DNA of 60,000 nt from Callorhinchus milii (lineage: Eukaryota). Location of the stretch: positions 41,418,001-41,478,000 of the forward strand of contig NW_024704742.1 in assembly GCF_018977255.1 (NCBI RefSeq), written 5' to 3'. The translations under genes were made by a program, and so were the position numbers. The notes under the pieces are model-generated. The model made no database searches, was not told where the DNA came from, and saw only the letters and a list, made by a program, of their open reading frames with translations. Position 1 is the stretch's first letter; each line of letters opens with the position of its first letter. Of this stretch, positions 49,304 to 60,000 are shown piece after piece.

Positions 49304-52300
49304 CTAATACATAAAAATCTTGGGATTAATGATTTTGAAAATTTTTAAAGCAATTAAAATTCATGTAGATTAAATTGGCAAATTTATACCAGAGATACAT
49401 TTTCACGTCAATAAATTATCAATAACTCAAATTTTGCCCACAAAATACACAAACCACTTTACAATACATCCTATGAAGTACTTTGAGGCATCTCAAAGAT
49501 GTGATAAGGCATTATGTCAAATCCAAGGATTATTTAATATTCTTCAAAAGTTTTGTAAGTTATTTTCTCTCTACTGAGGTCTGTTTTTCACTTTAACTTT
49601 CTGTATTCTCTCCCCACCACCACCAATCCACTGCTCTCTCTTATGTATGTGGGTTGTGTAAGAACTCGACCATTGGTTAGATATTATACCAGAGTGAAGT
49701 TCCTGGGTCAGCTCTATACCTGTAGGGACTACAAATAGGCCTCTATGAACCTGCTTCTAGAAGTTTACCCATCATTAAATCTGGTGTGGGCAACTGTATC
49801 AGATGTTCCAGTTGTTAATATCTGCAATAAATCCATGCTTTTGTAACATGCTGGTTCCTGATCCTTCCTCTAATTCACTACTTGAGGTTGCCAGATCTCC
49901 AGAACGTTGCACTCCTACTCCTTCATTTCACCATCAATTTATCCACACTTTCACCACCTCAAGACTGGACTTCAATTCTCTCCTCACAAACTTTCCTATC
50001 TTGTAGGGAAATCCCTAGCTAAGTTGTAGCTCATACAACTTATGAGTCTGCAGCATATCCCTTTTCCAACTTCAGTCTCTGCGTCCATTATGATCACCCC
50101 CGCCAAACTCCACATGTTCTAGAGCAGGGTGGTCCAACTGATCGTTTACAAAGCTTAGAATACAGATGTTCTTAACCTGCATCTGCGATATAATCTTATT
50201 GCGCTCCAGGTGCAGATGTCCTGACTTTTTCTTTCACACCAGTCTTGGACACTGAGGTCAATTGGCTGTGCCCTGATTCACCATCAAACTACCGTAACTA
50301 ATGCAGCACAAAGTATTAAAAATGTATCTTTCTGTGTCTCACTATCATAAGACACATTACATTTGCCCATGATTCTTAATTTTCATTATTTCTCTAGCAT
50401 TATAAACTGTTCAAGTAAAATTTTCTAGCTTGCCTTGTTCTGCCTCAAATAAATTATGCTGTTGCAAACCAACAGACACAGAATTGTCACTAATGCTAAA
50501 TCAAAAAAATGTGAACTATTTGTGGCTCCGATGGCTAATTAAAATCTCTAATTTCAGTTGCAAGATAATCTGGCATTCCTGAATTTAGGTTTAGGGCACA
50601 ATATCTCAAGATCACAGGCCTGTTACAGCAGGATATAGTTACAACAGACTTGCATTTTATTTCTAGATTTAAAATTACTTGGTCTGTTCAAAATGTAAAT
50701 TTGGTTGAATTGACCAAAACCCATTTCAGATCTATCTTCTAATCGACCAATAAAGAGATGAGGAATAACAGGAAATCATATGCTAACAGAACAAAGTTTA
50801 CAATTTAAGCATTCTGTGTTAGTTTACAATTACAGGGCAACAGAATAACTTCCCAGCAAGCAGACCTATGCAATCTTTGACATTACTGTAGCAAAACAAG
50901 TCCACTGAACAGGAAGGGGTGTAGTGCTACTTTATGTCAACAAACTAAAAGGAAGTTTTAACTGAAAATATTAAACAATTTAATTAAATTGTGAAAGAGC
51001 ACATTGTTATTATGTTCAACATTTTCTCTCATTCTGTTGTATGTAATTCTTAAGATAGTAATCGGTTTGATTGAACACAAGGTGGCAGTACATGCTTTTG
51101 CTAACTGCAGTATATAAGTGAACATACACCCCGAAGCCCTCACACCAGCTCCGATTTCTGCAACCTCCCTGGACTATCAAACTTACCAAACCTGTGTACA
51201 ACCTGAGTCTGATTTGATCACCACTTTTCCTTTCTACCACACATTTAGTTCCTGACCAGGACTACTTTTCTCCACCTCTGCTGGACTGCCTCCAACACTC
51301 TCACCCCAAAGTCACTGAAACCCTCACCTTTGTCACCTCCTGCCTTGATTCCTCAAAAGCTGCTCTCGCCAGATCCACCTACTAAATTCCTTCGAAACTC
51401 CAAACTTGCCATTGTATACTTTTTTTTCTTTTGTTCAATAGTTTAATTTATTTGACCATAGATCACCAAAGTAAAACTTTTGCCTTTCTCGAGTACATAC
51501 TAATCAAGTTTGAATAGATTTCACTCTTCTTACATCTTAGATAGATATTGTATTTTTGACCATCGCATGACAGGAAAAATATAAAAAGCAATAGGGAAAA
51601 AGACAAAAGTACATATGAAAGAAAGCAAAAAATTGAGAATAACATGCAAAAGGACAACAATTTACTTAATGTAAAATCTCCACCTGCTGTTCATAAAGAG
51701 TGACTTGCTGCTGTTATAGTTACTTGCCAGACTAATTCAGGACTATTTCAAGAACTGTAAAAGATTAGGAAGGACATGCATTAAGATTCTATATAAACCT
51801 AAAATGTTAATCAAAGGAATTCAAAAGAAAATTGGAGAGGTTCTTTTCATCAATGGTCATGGGATGGTTTTCATGTCATGCTTTTTTCCATTAAATTTAA
51901 ATATTCCCCACTATATAGTCATATGCTAGAAATAGGTTTGCCATGCTTACAAAAGACTAATTCAAATTATTTACCAGTCATTTTCCTCAACTGTAGGTAA
52001 GGGAGGTAAATACAACCAGAGTATCACCATGCATTGCATAAGATACTTTCCTCAATCACATCCATCAAGCTGGAATGCAAATCATGTAGTGCATACTACA
52101 TTTTAAAATCTGTTGAACCAAAGGAATCCTGCAGGACAATAAAAATCCTTATTCTTAAACTTATGACTGAAAATCATAATTTCTCCAAAAATTGAAACAG
52201 ATTTTACTGATCTGTGGCTGCCAAACATAGGTGAAGATTTTTAAAGTATAGAAAATACAGAACCCTTAAGAGAAACCACAAGAAAGCTCAACCAAGTGGC

Positions 52301-53327
52301 TAGTGCCTTTCATGGATTATGATGTCTTGATAAAGGTTTTATAGAAGTTTTAATTTTAAAAGGCAATCTATCATATTAAATTTTTGAATAGGCTCTGTAT
52401 AAATACAGCCTATAGATTTCTCCAGACTGAATATCTCATTTATGACGAGACCTGGTGGTGTAATGTGGATCATCATTCAAATCAGTTGTCCATACATCAA
52501 TGAGAGAATTACACCACTTGGGTTAGGAAATTGCACATTATGTATAAAGACTGAAGAAGAACATTAAGAGTAATACCAAATAGTACAATAATGATTAGAG
52601 GATGGTTAAGGAAGAAGTGGGACTGCTGGGAGCTCAGGAAGGTAATGCGATAGCTGAGCATCAACAGCAGATAATTAAATATTTCGCCTTAGTGCTTATA
52701 GGAGGGTGGAAATAAATCAACCTCATTTGATGTCAAGATTTTTTTTGAATGAGATGTATCCAAGAAATCTGAGGGATGTCAATAAGTAAGAGATTGACAA
52801 CATTTTTCAAATGTGTATACATATGGGAGCTGTCCTAGAGGATTGTCGTTTAAGGCAATAAACAATTGTTTAAGGAAAGGCGATGAGACTCTTGTTATTT
52901 ATAAGGAAGCTAATTGCAGTCATAAGACTTCTTCGTGGAATAATTAGAAAAAATAGATCTGATAAGGAATACCAGTATGGATTTATAAAAGGAAGATCAT
53001 GTTGGACTAATTTGAATTCTCTGAAAAAGTAAAGAATGTGGATAAGGGAGATTTGGATTTTAGGCAGGAGTTAGCTGAAGAAATGCAAGAGAAATTTCTG
53101 GAAAAATAAATCATATGAAATAGATGGAAAGGTGGCAAAGAAGATATCCATATAGTTGAATAACAGCTGGCAGTAAGTAGGAACGAAGGACCACCCCCCA
53201 CCCCCAATTGGCAGAGAATCATTAGTGGTGTGCCACATTGGTGTTAGGACTCCTCAATATGAAGGGACCTTCTCCCGGTATCTGGCCAACTATTCCCCAA
53301 ACAAAATGGGTCATTGCTCATCTTTAT

Positions 53328-53672
53328 TGTGGAGTCCTGTAGCTCAGTGGTTAGAGCATTCGCCTCGCAAGCGAGAGACCTGGGTTCGATTCTCGGCAGG
53401 GCGAAATTTTGGGCACGTTTCCTTACTCCACATTCCTCTGTTTACCTAGCAGTAAGTAGGAACCCAGTTGTTAGTCGATCGGCGGATCGCTTTTCCGGGG
53501 ATAATAATTTCTCCAAAAGAATAATAATAATAAATTGGTCATTTCAATCCATGACTGTTTGTGGGACATTACTGTGCACAATTCGCTGCCGTGTTTGGCC
53601 CAGTATATTCTGTGAAGCACTTTGAGACGTCTCGAAGACATGATAAAGTGCTATATCAAATGCAATTTTTAT
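53328..53672 (+). mobile_element. tRNA-derived SINE, long variant with extra central segment
   Basis: tgtggagtcctgtagctcagtggttagagc…gggttcgattc head, central tttacctagcagtaagtaggaacc, L2-type tail. Confidence 0.9.
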
Positions 53673-54134
53673 CTAATACAAGAACTACCACACATTTTAC
53701 AGTAGGCTTGGGAAGGCACGGGAGTTTCAAAATATTAAGAATATCAATACTAGTGAAGCAAACTTAATTCCACTATGGTAACATGCGAAAAAGTTCAGAA
53801 TTCCATGCAGCACAATTGTCAATGTCAATCTCTATAACTGGATTTCCCCGGTATAAATTGGGTACTGCATAGGTCACAAAAAGGCAGATTTCTTGGTCAT
53901 TGGCTGGTCAAATAGAAAAGTGCGGCCGCAATATTCCCTCAGAATCAGCTAGAAACACCCCTCTCCGCTACAAACCTGTAGAAACGCAGTATGCTCGGTG
54001 CCCCAGGCCTCTGCACTCTACCGCTGTCTGTTTACACAATAACGCTACTGCGGGCAGGGCGGCTCTGGGCGAGCACGCACGGTGCAAGCGGGAAATGGGC
54101 TTTGCTCAGCCCGAGGCCCCACTGTTCAGATCAT

Positions 54135-54230
54135 CTGTGTGTCTGCGAGTGTGTGCGTCTCTCCCCGTGTCTGTGAGTGTGTGCATCTCTCTCTCTCTGA
54201 GTGTGTGTGCATCCCTCTGTGTCGCTGTGC
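54135..54230. repeat. Imperfect (TG)/(TC) microsatellite
   Basis: ctgtgtgtctgcgagtgtgtgcgtctctc…tctctctctctgagtgtgtgtg. Confidence 0.75.
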
Positions 54231-55554
54231 GGTTGCCGGCTCAGAGTAGGAGGTGGTGACCTCCTGGAGCCCTATAGTAGGTTGGCTGTAAAATGTACCT
54301 CTCAACAGCACAAACAAATTCCCTGCAATTTCCCACAAAATTTGTCAAATATTTCTGCAATTTTCTATTGGCCCTGGTCATTGGCATACAGTCGTCACCA
54401 ACTGCATAATGCCCATAGACTGGTTTATACTCCACACAAGCCTCCATCCTTTCTATTCCACTCTACTATGTCCCTTTACAACAATAACAACAAATGTTCC
54501 TATCAGTAGGACATCCCAAGGTGCTGGACAGTCAGGGATTTGGACCGGAGCTAGGAGTTGGGATCAGGAGGGGTGGAGGGCAAGTAGGGTAGGGGTAGGA
54601 GGGTGACCAAAGGCGTGGTCGAAGAGGAGGGTCTTGAGATGGCCCTTCTCCTTCATGTATGCCCCTCTCCTATACCCCTCTATTCCCTTTTCCCTCGAGT
54701 ATGCATCAAGTTTCAATGCATTGATCTTCTTTTGCTTCAAAACACAGCTTGCAGCATTAAGTTCTACATTCTCATCATCCTCTGTGTGAAGAAATTACTC
54801 CTAAACTTCCAGTAAATCTAGTATTAACCATCTTATTTATGTTCTCTTGTTTTGGACTCGACACCAAGTGGAAACAGCCCATCAACATCCAACTTATCGA
54901 ATCCCTTGAAATCTTAAAACATCTCCATCAGGTTTCTTCTAATCGTCCCAGCTTTAGAGAGAAAAGCTCCAACTTTCCAATCTTTCTTGATAGTTGTATA
55001 CTCTCATCACTGGTTACAACCTTGTACTATCTTCAATGCTGCAATATCAATCCTGTAATTTGGTGCCACAACTGTACACTGTTTTCCAAATATGTTATAA
55101 CCAAAGTTTCAAATATAAATATTTATATAATTTATTAATTCCATACTTTTATATTCTATTCCTCTGGACATAAAGCCAAGGACTCTATGTTCATTATTTA
55201 TGGCCTTGTCCACCTATGCTGCTACTTTGAGAGTCCTGTGAATTTGAATCTATAGATCCTTTTGTTCCTGTGCCCCTTAGGTTTATGCACATGCCAAACA
55301 ATGGCTGACTTCCAAGTCATCAAATCCCAGTCAATATTTCTTACTGTATATTATGTACAGGATTCTTCCCATCCAAGTCAGCGATTTTTTTAAAACTCTT
55401 GGAAAGTTGACCAATTTATAAATAGGGCCTATTATGTGTTGTGTGTGAATGTTATTTTACCCAAACACCACAGAAGAGAACCCCATCATAAGGCACCCCA
55501 TATATATTAAAAATACACAAATATGCGATAAAACAAGCAAATTTTAAAAGTTAC

Positions 55555-55809
55555 CTTGTTGAACATTTTTCTGTTGATTTTTATTCACAGTGAGGTCTAA
55601 TGGTCCATCCTGTTCCTGCTGAAAGGAGTTCTGGGTTTGGTTTGGAGGAGGATCATTCGGAACCAAAACTGGTGCAATGGATAATTCAGTCTGGTTTTCT
55701 TGAATGCGACTATTTCTTGATACATATTCAATTGCAAACTGGCGAATCATTCTTTTCATTATTTCCTGAGCAACTAGAGGAATGTTGCGATCACAGTTCT
55801 GAGGAAGGT
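55555..55809 (-). CDS. LCORL: LCORL shared exon ([28 protein letters not shown]...[12 protein letters not shown]...QQ)
   Basis: ttttcag acceptor at 55810, gtaact donor at 55554, 255 nt, phase 1/1. Contains MIRQFAIEY and the CtBP-binding PLDLT motif. Confidence 0.95.
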
Positions 55810-56291
55810 CTGAAAATGGTTTTAAATTCAGAAATGTTTACAATTAAATTCGTAACACCAACTAATCCTGAATAAATTCTATTTTTACAGTTATAAGCCA
55901 TGCAAATACATTAGTTTCATCTTTGCTTACATATCTATATTGAATTATGAGCCCATCATGCACCAATTACAAAAACAATAATACATTTGATTTAATCTAG
56001 CTATCCAATTTAATAATGAATTGCAAGCATGCTATAATATTGCTCAGCTTGTCCAGATGCTACAAAGACCAATGGTAGAGCACCAGCAATGATCAACTTC
56101 ACGCAAATTTCAATAAGCTTAAATAACTTTTAAAGTCCAACAGTGTACAAATACAGCTGTGGAGTACAAGCATAAGAGAAAGGGTGGTTCAGAATAAATT
56201 CAGGAATTGTATGAGAAAATTGGAGGAGAGCAAAAGTAACCTCACCATTCAATAGAGGAAGTGTAGGCCTGTACTTGTAGTGAGTACAGTA

Positions 56292-56670
56292 GTCAGCCTG
56301 GCTAAGATAGTAGCACTCTCGTCTCAGAAGATTGTGGGTTCAAGTCCCATGTTGGGATATTGAACTCAATCCAGAATGGGAGCACACTGCATTGTTGGAA
56401 GGGCCGTCCTTCAAATGAGGCATTAAACCAAGATCTTATCTGTCCGTTCAGGTGGACATTATAGATCCAAGGCACTATTCAAAAAAAGAAGTCAGTCCTA
56501 GTGTCCTGACCAACAATTCCCCAAACAATAAATGGTCAATCGCTTTATGACTGCTTGTGGGGCACTGCTGTGCACAAATTGGCTGTTTCTGGCTATAAAA
56601 ATAGTCACTGTACTTCACAGTGAAAAGCTTTGTGAAAAGAGCTATGCCAAAGGCGAGAATTATTATTAAT
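56292..56670 (+). mobile_element. SacSINE1/DeuSINE-like SINE
   Basis: gtcagcctggct…gtagcactctc…gtgggttcaagtccca head; gttcaggtggac…gtgtcctgaccaac core; L2-type tail. Confidence 0.65.
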
Positions 56671-56945
56671 AGTAAACATCAGTGGTGGACAAATTGCTGG
56701 AATCTATCATCAAGCACAGAAACACTGAACGTTTTTTGACAGCTGAGCGCCAGTCACATCTAGAACATCACCATGCTTAAGAATATAGGAACCAGACAGT
56801 TCTACGTGTACTCGCAACCTACATATGGACATTTCCTTGTATTTGGAGTGGAATGTGAACGTAGGAAGGACACACCCTGCTGACCTAATTCCGGAAAGTA
56901 CGTCACAGGTTGTTGAGAGGAAACGCTTGTGGAACCGCAAAATAT

Positions 56946-58052
56946 ATAAGAACATAAGAATAAGAAGCAGGAATAGGCCATTCGGCCCCTCGAGCCTGTG
57001 CCCCGCCATTCGATAAGATCATGGCTGATCTTCAGACCTAACTCTAATTACCTGCCCTATCCCCATATCCCCTAATCCCTGTTTTTTAAAAATCTATCAG
57101 TCTCAGCCTTGAAGATGTTCAAGGACTGAGCATCTACAGCCTTCTGGGGTCGTGAATTCCATAAATTCACTACCCTCTGAGTGAAGAAATGTTTCCTCAA
57201 CTCTGTTCTAAAAGACTGACCCTTAATTTTAAGACTGTGACCCCTGGTTATAGATTCTCCTACCAGGGGAAACAGACCCTCAGTGGCTGCTTTATCAGCC
57301 CTTTAAGAATCTTACATGTTTCAATAAGATCTCCCCTAATTCTTCTGTACTCTAGAGAATACAGCCCTAGTTTATTCAGCCTATCCTCATAGGTCAGTCC
57401 CCTCATCCCAGGAACTAACCGAGTGAATCTACGCTGCACCCCCTCTAGGGCAAGTATGTCCTTTTTTAAATAAGGACACCAAAACTGCACACAATACTCC
57501 AGGTGCGGTCTCACCAAAGCCCTATACAGTTGCAGTAAGACTTCCCTACTCTTGTACTCTAAACCTTTTGCAATGAACGCTAACATGCCGTTCGCCTTCT
57601 TAGTTGCTTGCTGCACCTGCAAACTAACTTTTTGAGACTGGTGTACAAGGACACCCAAATCCCTCTGAACACTAATACTATCTAATCTCTCCCCCTCTAG
57701 AAAATAACCTTTTTTTCTATTTTTTCTACCTAGGTGAATAACTTCACACTTCCCCACATTAAATTCCATCTGCCACCTACTCGCTTACTCCCCTAGCGTA
57801 TCTATATCCCATTGCAATCTTTTTGCATCATCCTCAGAGCTTACTCTCCCACCTAGTTTAGTGTCATCTGCGAATTTAGATATGTTACATTCAATGTCCT
57901 CATCTAGATCATTGATATAAATTGTAAATAGCTGAGGCCCAAGCACTGATCTTTATGGCAATCCACTAGTCACATCCTGCCAATTCGAGAATGACCTGTT
58001 TATCCCTACTCTCTATTTTCTACCCGTTAGCCACTCTTCAATCCACGCTATG
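56946..58052 (-). mobile_element. 5'-truncated CR1-clade LINE (RT C-terminus plus 3' UTR)
   Basis: SVLGP, SKFADDTKL, MEFNVGKCEVIHLG and LVRPHLEYCVQFW. 3' end GGCCGAATGGCCT stem followed by TTCTTATG-type repeats. Confidence 0.93.
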
Positions 58053-58199
58053 TTGGGGTACTACAACAATTTAATCAGCTAAAGCAGGATAGCTTGCCAT
58101 TGTAAGCACTGTCTGGTCAATTGCCTATTGCTTATCTAGCTAGGACATTTTACTGAACATCTAGCTGGATAAAGATGCACAAATCGGGCAAAGTCAAGT

Positions 58200-58520
58200 A
58201 CATGATGTCTCACAAATCCAGGTTCTTTGACAGACCAAACATAGTGGTTAAAAGCAGATTGGTGGATGTCTTTTATATTGATTACATTAGAAGATTAGCA
58301 GCTAAATTTTAGGCCCAAGGAGTTAAAGGCAATAGGTGGGAGGTTGGTGGTAGAACATTGGTGTAAAAGGGATGTTTTCTGATGCCAGTGATAAGTGGTG
58401 TCCCTCAGGGAATGGTTTTGCGGGTCTTAGTTTTTATCCTATTATTATATTATAATGACCTGGATACAAAAAAGAGGGGAATATTTCTAAGTTTGCAGAT
58501 AATACTGAGGTATAAGTTTG
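58200..58520 (+). mobile_element. Old CR1 RT fragment
   Basis: SGVPQG (gtggtgtccctcaggga) and a degenerate SKFAD (ctaagtttgcagat). Confidence 0.65.
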
Positions 58521-59710
58521 TGAAGAGACTAGGCGAAAAATACAGAGACCTATTAAGCCACTGCATTCATTTTGGTTGTATTGGGAATGAGAAAGGGCTA
58601 CAGCTCAAAAATGTTTTGGAGATGGAGGATGGCAGACTTGATCAGAGACGATATCAAAAATGTAAAGGAGCTGTAATAGGCAAGGGGCAAACAAAGAGCC
58701 AAAATTTAGTATTGGCCCTGTAAATTGAAGTAAGCAATGGGGGAGGTCAATATAGTAGGTGAAAATAGGTTCAGGTTTGTCAAAATTTAGTCAAAGAAAA
58801 TTAAGGTTCATCCAGAACTTGATGTCTGCAAGGAGTCTGTCAGAACAACAATGGTCCTGGATTCAAGGATGGAAGCAGAAAGGTAGTTTGGCATTATCCA
58901 CATACACCATATCTGCGGATGATGTACCTGAGTACATGGAGGAAAAGAAGGGCCAAATACAAAGCTGAGGACACCGACAGGGCAGAGAGAGGAGTCGTTT
59001 GTAAAATAATGCTAGGTAGGAGTGGAATCAACTCAGCAACATACCACATTGCACTCAGAAAGTAAACCAGTAACCCCCACCCCATTAAAGCCACTGCCCA
59101 ATCATAAAACAAAGCCACATTAATGAAAAAAGGTGCTCATTATTCTTGTATAATCTTTCTTCTTGGCTGAAAATCAGAGCCTGCTAAAAGCCTGCTTCTG
59201 GCTCTTATGCTCCACCTTCACCGGCTTCTAGTATTACAGTTCCTCATCCTCATGCCCCATGAATTGCTTTGTTTTGCAAACCAGTGCACTATTATTTGTG
59301 CTGCCTTTATGAGGGTAGAGCAAGGCATCCCAAGAGGATTCTAAACATTGAAATCTTTGCTTAAATACATCAAACATTTTTTAATTTAAAAACTATGTGC
59401 TGATTGTAATAGATTTTAGAGCATATTCTGGGATGATTTAAGGAAAGGGAAGCTGGCATGAGCCAAGGAGCACTGCACACCTCATATCATCTATTACACA
59501 TCCTTTCATCCCAATTCCCCATGATGGGCGAATCTTAATGTTAATATAATCATAGGACTGGGAAAGGCCTAACATAAACAAAGGGATTAAGTAATCCAAG
59601 TACATAAATTGCTAAAAAGCAAATTGTCAAATGCAAAAAGTATAGAAAACAATGAAAACTGCCCTATGCAGCTATCAAAAATGTGAAAACATAAGAAAGT
59701 GAAATCATTC

Positions 59711-59733
59711 TGCACTTGACCACTAGATGGAGA
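59711..59733 (+). promoter_or_regulatory. Candidate CTCF site
   Basis: tgcacttgaCCACTAGATGGAg: core matches CCACYAGRKGGC with one mismatch, plus an upstream TGCA module. Confidence 0.4.
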
Positions 59734-60000
59734 TTTTGCACTGAACTTATTTTTAGAACTATAAATGAAAAATCACATTGAAGAGTATAAAGATTACTGA
59801 AATATGGCTAACAGTTTATGGAGTATACAAACAACCTTATAATTCACTTGCGCATTAAAAACCTCAGGTATTATCAGGCACATAATCCAACTTTACATTT
59901 TTTGTAATCCACTATTACTCAGTATATATCTTCTATATATAAAATATGCAATGCCAAAAATATTACTAAAACAATTAAAAGTAGTGGAACCATGTTATAA

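Overview
Vertebrate genomic DNA. The repeat repertoire (L2 and CR1 LINEs, tRNA-headed SINEs with L2-type tails, SacSINE1-like SINEs) suggests a cartilaginous fish, possibly a chimaera; this is an inference. The window holds the tail-to-tail NCAPG-LCORL locus. On the + strand are the last 13 coding exons of NCAPG (condensin I subunit CAP-G; 22..15037), all GT-AG and phase-consistent, with a probable poly(A) signal at 16122. On the - strand is the 3' part of LCORL: two shared exons (55555..55809 and 49207..49303, with CtBP-type PLDLT/VLDLS motifs) and alternative downstream exons. These are a pipsqueak-HTH terminal exon (36284..37334), an intact 5.66-kb PALI2-type exon (22523..28182) with three AT-hooks, a PRC2-binding PIP region and an internal 26-28 aa repeat, and a distal terminal exon starting at 20520. 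Introns carry many LINE/SINE fragments, two nested retroposon insertions and two Tigger-like MITEs. I see no new biological system; the most notable items are the intact PALI2 exon and its internal repeat.
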